Shown one piece after another: positions 49,210 to 59,490 of a DNA stretch of 64,000 nt. The DNA lies in contig JALGVJ010000002.1 of the NCBI GenBank assembly GCA_029838195.1, positions 96,001 through 160,000 of the forward strand, written 5' to 3'. Made by a program: the position numbers and the translations under genes. Each line of letters opens with the position of its first letter. Positions within the stretch are counted from its first letter, which is position 1. The DNA comes from Promethearchaeota archaeon. GTDB lineage: Archaea; Asgardarchaeota; Lokiarchaeia; Sigyniarchaeales; SOKP01. The notes under the pieces were generated by a model, which worked only from the letters and a program-made list of their open reading frames with translations, did not search any database and was not told the DNA's origin.

Positions 49210-50910
49210 TTAAGAATAATATTTTTTTATTTCTTTAATGACGAGGTGGATTAAATCTTTTTCATTCTTAATAGCATAAAAAGAGACCTTGTCAAGTAAC
49301 CCTTTAAACTTATTTTTTGGGATTTTCTCAGATCCAATAAAAAACCCTACGATTTTATGACCTTTTTGTACCAGTTCTAATAGCAATTGTTTAGAACGTG
49401 TCCAATTATAAATACCAAAATCCGTGATAATGAAAATAAGGACGTTACCTTCTGCCTTATTAACTTGTTTTTTGATAGCTTTAATTGGAAGTTGAGTTCC
49501 TCCTCCTTGGTATCTTAATAAAACGTTTTCTGCTTCGTGATAATTCTTAGACCATTCACAAATTTCAGCATGGTTAGAAAAATTAATCACGCTAAATTTA
49601 ACACCTTTCATGCGTGCTTGATGTAAAATGGCAAAAGAAGCAACAAGAGCGGCGTGATAAGGCCCCCTCTCATTTTTTACGTGTTCCATAAAATTCCAGT
49701 ACATTGAACCTGATGAATCCAATACTATTAAGAGATCCGGCATCCTTTTTTCTTCTACACGTCCAACACCCCTCTCATGTTTCCATTTCTTCGTGGTAAC
49801 ATTAGGAATAATGATAGGAGAAGTTACGATCGTGAGAATGGCATCTAATTCTTCTATAGGATCTCCGATCCTCCATTTTTCAGGATATAGGGGTAGAGTG
49901 CCACTATATTTTTTTTCATAAATTTTAATTGAAATCAAATTATTAGCTAAGCCTCGATACCACGTAGCTAGTGCATTTCCATCGATTAAAATTCCTGATT
50001 GTCTTGCGGGGGCTCCAAATTCCGAATAAGGTATATTTTTTGCAAATTCCTCCGCTTTTTTTCTTAATTCATCTTCATTGTCTTTTTTTAATTTATCTGA
50101 ATTTTTCGTTTCTAAGGGATTATCTATGATTTCTAATACATCATCGGGAATCTCCATTTCAAGCTCATATCCTGGAATTTTTCTACGCGATTTTCCTTTT
50201 AAGGGGGCCCCTGCTCCCCTCATTATTGTAAATTCCTCCTTTAAGAAATCTTTTAGATAATAAGCGACTTTCGAAACTTTTTCTTCCCATCGTGAATCAT
50301 CTTCAAAATCCGTTAATATAATTTTTTTAATTTTATTAGCCAAAGCATCGGTTTCTGGAGAAGTGAAAGACTCGTAAATTTTAATGTTCCATAGTTTTTC
50401 ATAAATGTTGAATAAAAATTTCGAAAATCTACTCAAGGATTTAAAATCAGGCATGGCTACATGTTCAAATGTCTTTTTAATTTCCCATTTCATTAAATCT
50501 GGCTTAGCTTTGTATAATTTCGTGTCAATAATCAAATCAGCAAATAAATTTACAACCAATGGAGCATGAGTAGAATGAACATGTTTATTAGCAGCATGTA
50601 ATAATTTTGCATGAATGATGCCATCATAAGGGATGATTTGATAATGCGATATTTCATGGAGCAAGATGGCGTGAAAATATTGGATATATTCTTCATCATC
50701 CTTTAGTGGGGGAACATTCGCTAGATTCATCGTTATTTCCCATTTATGATTAGGATCAATGTAAAAACCTTCTTTCCGCTTGTAATCAAAAACATATCGA
50801 GGTTCATTTAAAGGAGGGAAATAAAACTCTTTTAAAGATAGATCCCATGCTATTTTGGCTAATTTTTTGAGTTTAGCTTCCTTTTCTTGTATTATATTTT
50901 TATTGAGCAA
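49210..50910 (-). CDS. vWA-domain protein with N-terminal HExxH metallopeptidase-like domain (MoxR partner)
   Basis: ILLHEISHY; LDSSGS, GGGT, ITD MIDAS; AAGGAGG SD before the TTG start. Confidence 0.85.
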   Translation of the reverse strand: MLNKNIIQEKEAKLKKLAKIAWDLSLKEFYFPPLNEPRYVFDYKRKEGFYIDPNHKWEITMNLANVPPLKDDEEYIQYFHAILLHEISHYQIIPYDGIIHAKLLHAANKHVHSTHAPLVVNLFADLIIDTKLYKAKPDLMKWEIKKTFEHVAMPDFKSLSRFSKFLFNIYEKLWNIKIYESFTSPETDALANKIKKIILTDFEDDSRWEEKVSKVAYYLKDFLKEEFTIMRGAGAPLKGKSRRKIPGYELEMEIPDDVLEIIDNPLETKNSDKLKKDNEDELRKKAEEFAKNIPYSEFGAPARQSGILIDGNALATWYRGLANNLISIKIYEKKYSGTLPLYPEKWRIGDPIEELDAILTIVTSPIIIPNVTTKKWKHERGVGRVEEKRMPDLLIVLDSSGSMYWNFMEHVKNERGPYHAALVASFAILHQARMKGVKFSVINFSNHAEICEWSKNYHEAENVLLRYQGGGTQLPIKAIKKQVNKAEGNVLIFIITDFGIYNWTRSKQLLLELVQKGHKIVGFFIGSEKIPKNKFKGLLDKVSFYAIKNEKDLIHLVIKEIKKYYS

Positions 50911-50940
50911 TGAATTATCCTCCTTAAAATGAGCCCTTTT

Positions 50941-52704
50941 TTATAATTCTTTTTGAATGTATTCTAATTTATCAAGAACGTTTCTCAGTTTTAATGCTTC
51001 TGCGCCACCTGAAATCTGAATGTTAACGATTGAATCCTCACTCGTTCCCGTTACATTTATTTCCATCAGTAAATCTTCTGTTCGAATTTGTTTTGTCTGA
51101 CGTTTTTCGAAAGCAGCCTTGAGAGGTTGATCTAAAGTGGGAAATTCTGCTACTACATCCGCCCATAATTCTCTCCAAAATCCATATTTAATGATATAAT
51201 CTGTAACTGTCTGCCTATACAATTCTTGATTGCACCAATTAATTAAGTATGCTCTATTTGGAAAGTCTAAATTTTCTATTAATTCTTTTCTAATTAAGGC
51301 AAGATCCTCGATATTTCCTTTTTTGGCTGCTTCACCTATTCTTGAAGCCAAGTTAGTGTAATTTTTCTCTTTTATAGCATCAACGTATGGGATTAAATCA
51401 TATTTTACAATTAAATCATTATTAGCAAATTTTTTTAATTCTTTAAAATCTTCCGGATTATTCTTTCCTTCTCTAAATTTTGCCGTAATTTTGTAACAAA
51501 TTTCCCGGTTTTTATATCGTTTCTGTATTAATGATAATAAATATTTAGTAAAATGATATTTATTTCCCCAATAAGGGGCTTTATCTAATTCCCTCTTCAC
51601 GTAATCTACCCGATGGGAAATAACATGGGGAGCGATCGTATTTATGATATTTACATCAATTTTTGGTAATCCTAATAGCCATGTCAAGGCTTTGGCATAT
51701 CGTAAAATATCTTTTGCTACTCGAACGCTTAATATAGAGTCTATTTTATTACATATGTTTTGATCTGTATTGAAGTGACATCCCGAACATAATCCCGTGC
51801 TCGGTTTTAATTCTTCAGAATTTCCTTTATCAATACGGGAACAAAGATTATATTCTCTCACGATTGCATGAATATAATTATTAACTTCTTCACTAAAGGA
51901 GATTTTATTGACATGATACCAGATTTCCATTAAATCATCAATCTCAAGAATTTTAGGGACCTGAATCACCTCATCGTACCCTGAATATTTTTCATCTTTT
52001 CCGGATAAAATCAATTGTAGATCTTGCGTGGCAGGCATGGAAATGGGTACGGATATACCAAACCGATCTAAAAAAGGTTTTGAAAGTTCAAACGTGCCTA
52101 CATCTTGAGGATTAATTGTCCCATATAAGCAATATTTTGAAATTGCTAAAGTAAAGTCATAATATTTTATGGTACCCTCTGCTAACAAGGATAATAAAAT
52201 ATCTTGAGCATAAGGTGTTAACCGGTTGACCTCATCAATTATTTTCCAGAAACTCAGAATGAATTCTCGCCATATTACTTCCTCTTCTCCTTCTTTCATT
52301 AATTTCCCTAATTTTAATGTTCCAATTAATTTTTCTTCCGAAAGCTGTGGATGCCCTCTTATAATGGATTGTTCGATTTGTTCTATTGACTTAGAGGTGA
52401 ACATGCGCCCTAATAGCTTGACTAAGGTGGTTTGGAACAAGTCGCTGAGTTAGCCACCTTTTTTTCCTCCACCATGCCCACCAATCAATAACATTGCAGA
52501 ATTTGGAACTATTGCATTTAACACGCATAATGTAAGAATCTCCGGTAGATTTTGGGATACAATTTTCTTATTTTTCTCATCATAATGTTTAATTGTTAGA
52601 CTCTGAGAATGGACGAATAACTGGTTGGCTTGGACAATATTAATAATTCTCCATACTTTTCTTCTTAATTCTTCCTCCTCTTTTAAATGTGTCGTCAAGT
52701 TCAT
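50941..52704 (-). CDS. MoxR-type AAA+ ATPase, interrupted by a 30-nt insert (predicted spliced product 577 aa)
   Basis: ORFs 52450-52704 and 50941-52440 are in the same frame. Removing 52432-52461 gives Walker A GGHGGGKTT. IIDEVNR, TINP and PFLDRF are intact. Confidence 0.85.
52432..52461 (-). other. Candidate bulge-helix-bulge mRNA intron (30 nt)
   Basis: mRNA GGUGG-A-GGAA-AA^A-AAGGUGGCU-AACUC-AGCGACUUG-UUCC-AA^A-CCACC; contains an in-frame UAA. Confidence 0.75.
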
Positions 52705-52967
52705 TGCTAATTCTCTCGGATGTTTTAATACTTTTTAACAAATTCAATATACCTTATTTTAAATTTTTTATCCACGAAAAAAATACATACATGGGAATAT
52801 AATTTTATCCCTTGAAACGGTTCAATAAAAAATTATAGGAACAAGTTAAAAAAATCAATGTATCTACTAAATCGTGAAAATTATGACTTAAATTACTAAT
52901 TCTTTATCATATTTGATAAACGTTAAACAAACTTAAAAAATATTCATGGTATCAGAATTTTTCTTTA

Positions 52968-54215
52968 TCACTTAGGAAATAATTTAACAAATACCTTTTC
53001 TCCTTTCTTTAAACCTTCTTGAAAAGGTGGTATTTCTATAATTCCATCAGATTGGGTTAAAGAACTTATTATTCCCGATCCCTTCAATTTAACCGGTATT
53101 GCCACCAAGTCTCCATCTTCTCGTTTTATTTTAACTCTAAGATAGTTTAAATGCCCAAGAGTAGAAACAGGAACATCTTTACTCATTTTTGCTAAGAGCT
53201 CAATCCGGGGATCGATCTTAGAACACCCCATCATTTTGCGTAGAGTAGGACCTATTACTTTCAGGAAACCAACATAGGCTGCTACGGGTGTGCCAGGTAA
53301 GCAGAAAACTAGTGATTCTTTAAAAAGAGCAATCAATAAAGGTGATCCTGGGCGCATGGCAATGCCATGTGTCAATACATTTGCCTCTTCATGCATTATT
53401 TCCGGTAAAAAATCTTGAGATCCCACGGATGTGCCTCCCGTAAAAATAATAACACGTGAATTATTGGAAGCTTCATGCAAAGATTTTCTAATAAGTTCTT
53501 TATCATCCTTTAAAGTAGCGTGATGGATTACTTTACCACCATAAAGTTTTACCAAAGAAATAAGCATGGGCGTATTAGAATTGTAAATTTTATTAGGTTC
53601 TAAGGGCTCTCCAACTTCTATTAATTCATCGCCCGTACTAAAAACGCTAACCGTTGGAATCGTACTTACTTTTATTTTTTCAATGCCTAAAGAACATAAT
53701 AACGCCACGTGTTCGGCCTTCAATTCAGTTCCTTTTGATAAAATAATGGAATCTTTTATAATATCCTCTCCTTTTCTTGAAATATTTTTCCCCGGCACTA
53801 AAGGAGCATGCAAGTATACGATATTTTCTTTCAATTCCGTATCTTCTATTTTAATTACAGCACTTGCGCCTTTTGGAATAGCAGCTCCGGTAGAAATCCG
53901 AATCGCTTCTCCTTCATGTAGTTCTTGTTCAATTTTTTGGCCAATTTCAATTTTTCCTACTAATTTTAATATTTTAGGATTAGTTGGAGAGGCGCCAAAA
54001 CTATCCTCTGCTCGAATTGCATAGCCATCCATGGCAGACCTGTCAAATGGAGGCACATCTATTTTACTGAAAATATCTTCTGCTAAAATTCTATTTAATG
54101 ATTGGAACACGTGAATTTCTTCCGATGGGAGGATGGACACGTGGGAGAATAAATTTTTTAATGAATCTTCTAAAGATGTTAATTTTGCAAATCCTATTTT
54201 TCTTAATCGGTCCAT
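52968..54215 (-). CDS. moeA: Molybdopterin molybdotransferase MoeA
   Basis: PPFDRSAMDGYA, STGDEL, TGGTSVG, PGSP, LPG. Confidence 0.95.
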   Translation of the reverse strand: MDRLRKIGFAKLTSLEDSLKNLFSHVSILPSEEIHVFQSLNRILAEDIFSKIDVPPFDRSAMDGYAIRAEDSFGASPTNPKILKLVGKIEIGQKIEQELHEGEAIRISTGAAIPKGASAVIKIEDTELKENIVYLHAPLVPGKNISRKGEDIIKDSIILSKGTELKAEHVALLCSLGIEKIKVSTIPTVSVFSTGDELIEVGEPLEPNKIYNSNTPMLISLVKLYGGKVIHHATLKDDKELIRKSLHEASNNSRVIIFTGGTSVGSQDFLPEIMHEEANVLTHGIAMRPGSPLLIALFKESLVFCLPGTPVAAYVGFLKVIGPTLRKMMGCSKIDPRIELLAKMSKDVPVSTLGHLNYLRVKIKREDGDLVAIPVKLKGSGIISSLTQSDGIIEIPPFQEGLKKGEKVFVKLFPK

Positions 54216-54221
54216 TTCACT

Positions 54222-54758
54222 TCACTCTTTTTTTCTAATGAGATAAATTATATGACCAAGTTCAGGTAAGATTAATTTTTCAAATGCGAGTTTAACAGCG
54301 TTTGGAGAGCCCGGTAAAATGAAAATTGCTTTATCCTCCATTTTTCCTGCCAAAGCGCGGGACAATATTGCCGAAGAACCAATTTCATTGTAAGAGAGGT
54401 ACCTAAAAATTTCTCCAAAACCTTCAATTTTCTTTTCTAATAGTGGTTCTATAGTTTCATGGGTAATATCTTTAGGAGAAATGCCTGTTCCGCCGCTAAA
54501 AATAATAGCATGAAGATTTTTATCTTTTAATAAATTTAAAAGAACTTTTTTGATGTATTTTTCAGAATCGGGAACTATATCATGAAAGAGTAAAGAGATG
54601 CTTGCTTCTTTTTCGAGCATGTTCTTAACCAGCGGAATAGTTTTATCAGAACTTTCTTTTCCATCCAATTTTTCCTCAAAACGAGACGTACTAACGACTA
54701 TTAAGGCGATATTAATTTCTGTTGGTCCCTTTTGCTTATGTTCTTCATGTACTTTCAT
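54222..54758 (-). CDS. moaB: Molybdopterin adenylyltransferase MoaB/MogA
   Basis: GGTGISPKDIT, GFGEIFR, LSRA, LPGSPNAV. Confidence 0.95.
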   Translation of the reverse strand: MKVHEEHKQKGPTEINIALIVVSTSRFEEKLDGKESSDKTIPLVKNMLEKEASISLLFHDIVPDSEKYIKKVLLNLLKDKNLHAIIFSGGTGISPKDITHETIEPLLEKKIEGFGEIFRYLSYNEIGSSAILSRALAGKMEDKAIFILPGSPNAVKLAFEKLILPELGHIIYLIRKKE

Positions 54759-54797
54759 TTTTTCTCACGTTAAAAAATAGATTTTAATTCACTTTAA

Positions 54798-56024
54798 TTA
54801 AAAAGAATGAACCTCCCTAATATCCCCTTTTTCTATTATTTCTTCTAATTCTTCTATTTCGATGTATCCATCCGCTTGAAAAATCGTACTTATTGCTTCG
54901 GAACCTGTTTTTACGGGATAGATTTTCTTCACCCCTCCTTCCTCCTTTATTTTTATTGCTTTAAATTCATGCCTTCCTAAAGTACTATATATACGCTCTC
55001 CTACCTCTATTTTAACGGAAAATTTTTTTCTTAAAGGAAATCCGGAAAATCTCCTCAAAAAATCATCAATGAAAATATAAAAACAGCTTAATGCGGAGGT
55101 TGGAAAGCCCGGTAAAATAAAAATAATTTTTTCTTTTAACTTTGTAAAAATGATAGGTTTTCCCGGCTTAATTCTCACGCCATGAACCAATATTTCAATG
55201 TCTCTATATTGTTCTAGCACTTTAGGTCCTAAATCTCCTTCTCCTTTAGAAGTTCCTCCCGAAAGAATTACTATATCACTCTGAGATAAAGCCAAATCCA
55301 TTTTTTGTTTTAAATCATCAAATGAATCTCTTGCTATTCCTAAATAATTTACAACTGCTCCGGTGTTCTCAATTGCTTGTTTTAAAACAATAGAATTAAT
55401 ATCATATATCTTTCCAACGGGAAGAATGGATGTATCATGGGTTATTAATTCATTTCCCGTACTAAAAAGAGCTATTACCGGTTTTTTAAAAACCGGAATT
55501 TCTTTAATACCGCAAGAGGCTAAAATGCCTATGGTGGCTAAATCGATTAAACTACCCTTTTTAATAATGATATCTCCCATTTTTACATCATGCCCAATAT
55601 TAACCACATTAGTACCTGGAGCGACTGCTTTATAAATTTCTATTTTATCCCCCTTTTTCTCCGTAAATTCAACCATTACAACACTATCTGCATTTTCCGG
55701 AAGGGCTGCCCCTGTTGCGACATAAGCACATTGATTCTTGCCCAATTTTCTTTTAGGTTCGTCTCCCGCTTGGATGATTTCAATCAATTCTACAGAAATC
55801 GGGTTATCCTCTTCAGCGCCAAAAGTATCTTTTGCCTGAACCGCGTAACCATCCATTCTACTTTTTCGAAAATGCGGAACATTGATTTTACTTTTAATAT
55901 CACGCGAAAGCGTTCTATTATAACTTTCTTCAAGAGAAACGATCTCTTCTTTAAAGTTTGGTCTTGGAATTTGATCCAAAAGGTTTTTAAATTCAGCAAC
56001 CCGAATTGTTTTTAAAAATTTCAA
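54798..56024 (-). CDS. moeA: Molybdopterin molybdotransferase MoeA, second paralog
   Basis: SRMDGYA, STGNEL, SGGTSKG, KPGKP; start set at TTG 56024 after a GGAGG SD. Confidence 0.93.
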   Translation of the reverse strand: MKFLKTIRVAEFKNLLDQIPRPNFKEEIVSLEESYNRTLSRDIKSKINVPHFRKSRMDGYAVQAKDTFGAEEDNPISVELIEIIQAGDEPKRKLGKNQCAYVATGAALPENADSVVMVEFTEKKGDKIEIYKAVAPGTNVVNIGHDVKMGDIIIKKGSLIDLATIGILASCGIKEIPVFKKPVIALFSTGNELITHDTSILPVGKIYDINSIVLKQAIENTGAVVNYLGIARDSFDDLKQKMDLALSQSDIVILSGGTSKGEGDLGPKVLEQYRDIEILVHGVRIKPGKPIIFTKLKEKIIFILPGFPTSALSCFYIFIDDFLRRFSGFPLRKKFSVKIEVGERIYSTLGRHEFKAIKIKEEGGVKKIYPVKTGSEAISTIFQADGYIEIEELEEIIEKGDIREVHSF

Positions 56025-56040
56025 GGTTTTGCCTCCATTC

Positions 56041-56499
56041 TTAATGAATCCATCGTGAAGTCCCATTGTAATAAATTTCTTTCTTCCACACGGCTATTTC
56101 TTTTTTGTATCTTTCCACTGCTACTTCTAATGCTTTAAAACCTTCTTCTCGGTGGGAAGAGGCTACGACTACATGGACTAATTCCTCAGAAAGATTAAAT
56201 TCTCCTTTTAAATGAACGATAATGAGTTCAATGATTTCTTCAGATTGCTTGAGTTCCGTACATATTTTTTCAATACTTTTATTCGCAACTTCCTCATATG
56301 CATCTATTAACATGGCCTTGACGGGCTTTCCATCGATGGACTTTTCTCGAACTATTCCTGTAAACGTGAGGATGGCTCCTGCTTCTTTAATTTGCGGATG
56401 TTTTTTTAAAGATTGAACAATGGAATCAAGCGTTATTGTTCCTTTAAGATAAATACCTGATTTGATATTTATCAAGCGATCATTCTTAAATTTTATCAC
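56041..56499 (-). CDS. moaE: Molybdopterin synthase large subunit
   Basis: GAILTFTGIVR, SSHREEGF, VWKKE. Confidence 0.95.
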   Translation of the reverse strand: MIKFKNDRLINIKSGIYLKGTITLDSIVQSLKKHPQIKEAGAILTFTGIVREKSIDGKPVKAMLIDAYEEVANKSIEKICTELKQSEEIIELIIVHLKGEFNLSEELVHVVVASSHREEGFKALEVAVERYKKEIAVWKKEIYYNGTSRWIH

Positions 56500-56780
56500 C
56501 CTCCTGAAATTGGTAAAAGAAAAGCAATTTTATCACCGTCCGATAAAGTTATAGAAAGCGATGCGTTTGATGGCTGAGCTTCATGATTTAACATGATCGA
56601 AATGTTTTCATTCAAATCTTGGGTATTTTCATTCCATAACAATTTTTCAAGGTTCGGATATTTTTTCATGAGCAATCTAATGACTTCTTTTAACCTATTG
56701 TCATCATCTAATTCAACAATCTCTCGCTCTTTACCCGTAATATCTTTAAAATCTGCAAAATATAATATTTCAATCTTCAT
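56496..56780 (-). CDS. moaD: MoaD/ThiS ubiquitin-like sulfur carrier
   Basis: MKIEILYFA...DGDKIAFLLPISGG; start set at ATG 56780. Confidence 0.93.
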   Translation of the reverse strand: MKIEILYFADFKDITGKEREIVELDDDNRLKEVIRLLMKKYPNLEKLLWNENTQDLNENISIMLNHEAQPSNASLSITLSDGDKIAFLLPISGG

Positions 56781-56811
56781 GGTGTTTCGATCTTTATTAT
56801 CCTCATTATTC

Positions 56812-57744
56812 TTAATAATACGGTTTTCTTGACTCAACCACTTGGCGAACAATTTCTTCATATTTAGCCATGGAATAATGATTTTTTAAAGCGTCCTTAA
56901 CATTCTTACCTAAATCAGAACGATATAAACAGCCAAAAAGATTACCATCACATCCCACCCGTAGTTTCGTGCAGCCCAAGCAAAATTCATGACTTGGAAT
57001 TATCGTCTCAATTACAGCAATATTCTCTTTAGGTGTCTTGATTTTGAATACTTTTCGGTTTTGCATGCTCCCTCTCGTCCTTATTTCGATAGCTTTTTTT
57101 TCTAATTCATTAATAATTGGATTTAAATCCACGTGATGCCTATTATAAAAAGAACCGTTTCCCCCCACTTCCTTGGAAATTTGATGCAATTCAATTAATT
57201 GCAATACAAATCCATTTTTTCCGCAAAATTCTATCATGTCAGTTAATTCCATGTCGTTTATTTCTTTTAATACGACAAAATTAATTTTTATTGGATCAAA
57301 TCCTGCCTCTTTTGCAATTTTTAATCCTTCCAGCACGCGCACTAATGCATTAGAACCATATATTCTTTCATAAGTAGCTGAATGTAATGAACCGAGCGAT
57401 ACATTTATCCGATTTAAACCCGCTTCTTTTAATTGCCTTGCTTTTTCTGCCAGAAAAAAACCATTAGTTGTAAGGGAGATATCTTTATAAAGTCCTAAAT
57501 CTGATACCCTTTTAATTATCTCAATGACCTCTTTCCGGCATAAAGGTTCTCCCCCCGTGAATTTTATCCGGGTTATCTTCAATATCTCCCCCAAAATTCT
57601 ACATAATTTTACAATCTCTTCCACCGTGAGCTCAGCAGTTTTCGGAATAAATCCCTCTTTATCACAATAAATGCAATTAAAATTACACTTAGAAGTAATT
57701 GAGAACCGCAAGTGCTTGATCTCTCGATTACACGAATCCTTCAT
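56812..57744 (-). CDS. moaA: GTP 3',8-cyclase (radical SAM)
   Basis: CNFNCIYC, TGGEPL, FCLGCTKLR...GCL. Confidence 0.95.
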   Translation of the reverse strand: MKDSCNREIKHLRFSITSKCNFNCIYCDKEGFIPKTAELTVEEIVKLCRILGEILKITRIKFTGGEPLCRKEVIEIIKRVSDLGLYKDISLTTNGFFLAEKARQLKEAGLNRINVSLGSLHSATYERIYGSNALVRVLEGLKIAKEAGFDPIKINFVVLKEINDMELTDMIEFCGKNGFVLQLIELHQISKEVGGNGSFYNRHHVDLNPIINELEKKAIEIRTRGSMQNRKVFKIKTPKENIAVIETIIPSHEFCLGCTKLRVGCDGNLFGCLYRSDLGKNVKDALKNHYSMAKYEEIVRQVVESRKPYY

Positions 57745-58184
57745 GATACTTGCTCATGACCTTTTATTTTTTCCTCTACTTTAATATCGGATATGAATGT
57801 CGAAGGATATTGCCCATTCTCATCTTTCTCATGCTTTTTGATCACGTCCCAAATGTTAAGAAGGGCGATTGAAACGCCAGTAAGAGCTTCCATTTCCACC
57901 CCCGTTTTAGCATGACTTTTTACCGTACACGTGAGCTTGATCACGTTCTCTCCCTCAAAATTAATGGAAAAGGCGACATTGTTTATTGGAATCGGATGAC
58001 AAAAAGGAATTAACTCTGGTGTCTTTTTCACGGCAGTAATGCCCGCCGTCTTCATGATTGTTTCAACATCTCCTTTCTCAACCAACTGATTCTTTATCCG
58101 TTCCACGCTTTCTTTTTTTAAAAAAATTTTTCCCGATGCCGTGGCGATTCTTGAAATTGTATTTTTTTGGGAGATATCAATCAT
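57741..58184 (-). CDS. moaC: Cyclic pyranopterin monophosphate synthase
   Basis: MIDISQK, KGDV, LIPFCHP, KTGVEMEAL. Confidence 0.95.
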   Translation of the reverse strand: MIDISQKNTISRIATASGKIFLKKESVERIKNQLVEKGDVETIMKTAGITAVKKTPELIPFCHPIPINNVAFSINFEGENVIKLTCTVKSHAKTGVEMEALTGVSIALLNIWDVIKKHEKDENGQYPSTFISDIKVEEKIKGHEQVS

Positions 58185-58451
58185 TTTTATCGATATGTTT
58201 GCTGGTTACAATCGACTTGATTTCATCAATATTACTTTAATATTAAAATTTTCCTTATTTATTCTTCACTTTACTCTTTAAATGTACCCTTCACGCTTTC
58301 GTTTCTCATGAACGTGTCTTCGAATAAGAAGCGTTGGTTTAAAACTTTCATGCTTCTAAAACATAACCTTTAAATTTAATTTCAAATTACGATATGTATT
58401 ATAGTACACAACGGACTTGTTATAAAAAAAATAAAGATTTAAGAAAAAATC

Positions 58452-59399
58452 ATGCGGAAAAGAATGAAATTAGGCATTTTAACATTAATTATTTTGATAA
58501 TCATCGGCTCTTCTATTGCAATCATTTTTACCTCAGAACAATCAAAAGAGCGTGTAATTTTAGCAACTACAACTTCGACTAATGATTCGGGTTTACTAGA
58601 TTATCTTTTACCCGTGTATGAGAAAAAATGGAACATTCGAATCGAAGTGTTATCTCTTGGAACAGGTAAAGCCATCGCAACGGCACAAAGAGGAGATGCA
58701 GACTTATTACTGGTTCATGCCAGAGAAAAAGAAGATCTATTCATTGAACAAGGATATGGCGTGCATCGTGCTTGCATCATGTACAATGATTTTATCATTA
58801 TTGGTCCTTCTGCTGATCCGGCCGGCATTAATGGAAGTTCTATAAAAACAACCATGCAAAAATTGAAATCAGAAGGAGAGGCCGGGAAAATAGTGTTTTA
58901 CTCAAGAGGCGATAACTCGGGAACTCATATCAAGGAATTAGAACTTTGGGCGCTTATCGGGTTCACGCCAAATCCTTTAAGAGATTCTTGGTATAAAGAA
59001 ACGGGGACAGGAATGGGCAATACATTAACGATAACGGACCAAAATAATGGGTATACACTCATTGATAGAGGAACGTGGCTTTTTTCAAAAGATAACGTGG
59101 AATTAACGCTTTTGGTGGAAGGAGATAAAATTTTATTAAATCCTTATGGCGTGATGGCTGTTAATCCCGAGAAGCATCCTGGAGTTGATATCAAATTTGA
59201 ATGGGCAATGAGCATTATAGCTTGGCTTACCTCTGAAGAAGGCCAAACACTCATTGGTGGGTATACCGTGAATGGAGAAGTTTTATTTCATCCTTGTTTT
59301 GGAATTTGTGATCAGACTCACGATTGTCCAACAACAGCGGAAGAAGTAGCATTTTGGAGTAAATATAATGGAGGATATACAGGCTCCGAGAGTTTATGA
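58452..59399 (+). CDS. tupA: Tungstate ABC transporter substrate-binding protein
   Basis: ATTTSTNDSGLL, GTGKA, SRGDNSGTHIKE. Confidence 0.93.
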   Translation: MRKRMKLGILTLIILIIIGSSIAIIFTSEQSKERVILATTTSTNDSGLLDYLLPVYEKKWNIRIEVLSLGTGKAIATAQRGDADLLLVHAREKEDLFIEQGYGVHRACIMYNDFIIIGPSADPAGINGSSIKTTMQKLKSEGEAGKIVFYSRGDNSGTHIKELELWALIGFTPNPLRDSWYKETGTGMGNTLTITDQNNGYTLIDRGTWLFSKDNVELTLLVEGDKILLNPYGVMAVNPEKHPGVDIKFEWAMSIIAWLTSEEGQTLIGGYTVNGEVLFHPCFGICDQTHDCPTTAEEVAFWSKYNGGYTGSESL

Positions 59400-59490
59400 T
59401 TTAAATACAATCAAAATACTATAAAAAACTTTAAACTTTTTTTTAATTTTAATAATTGAATTAATTAATAGAAAGAGGAAGGAGATTCTT

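Noticed and set aside
52450-52452. Stop-codon readthrough or recoding (Sec/Pyl) in the AAA gene
   Set aside because: The codon is TAA, and readthrough would leave 10 extra residues between the P-loop Lys and Thr.
50941-52704. Two separate genes (84 aa and 499 aa) or a frameshifted pseudogene
   Set aside because: Both parts are in the same frame and the break falls inside Walker A. A single clean 30-nt insert explains it.
56496-56780. MoaD as the ubiquitin-like substrate of the JAMM cluster
   Set aside because: It is 40 kb away and fully explained by the moa operon; no evidence of linkage.
58185-58451. Moco/Wco riboswitch in the moa-tup spacer
   Set aside because: Only weak short pairings; no conserved riboswitch structure recognisable by eye.
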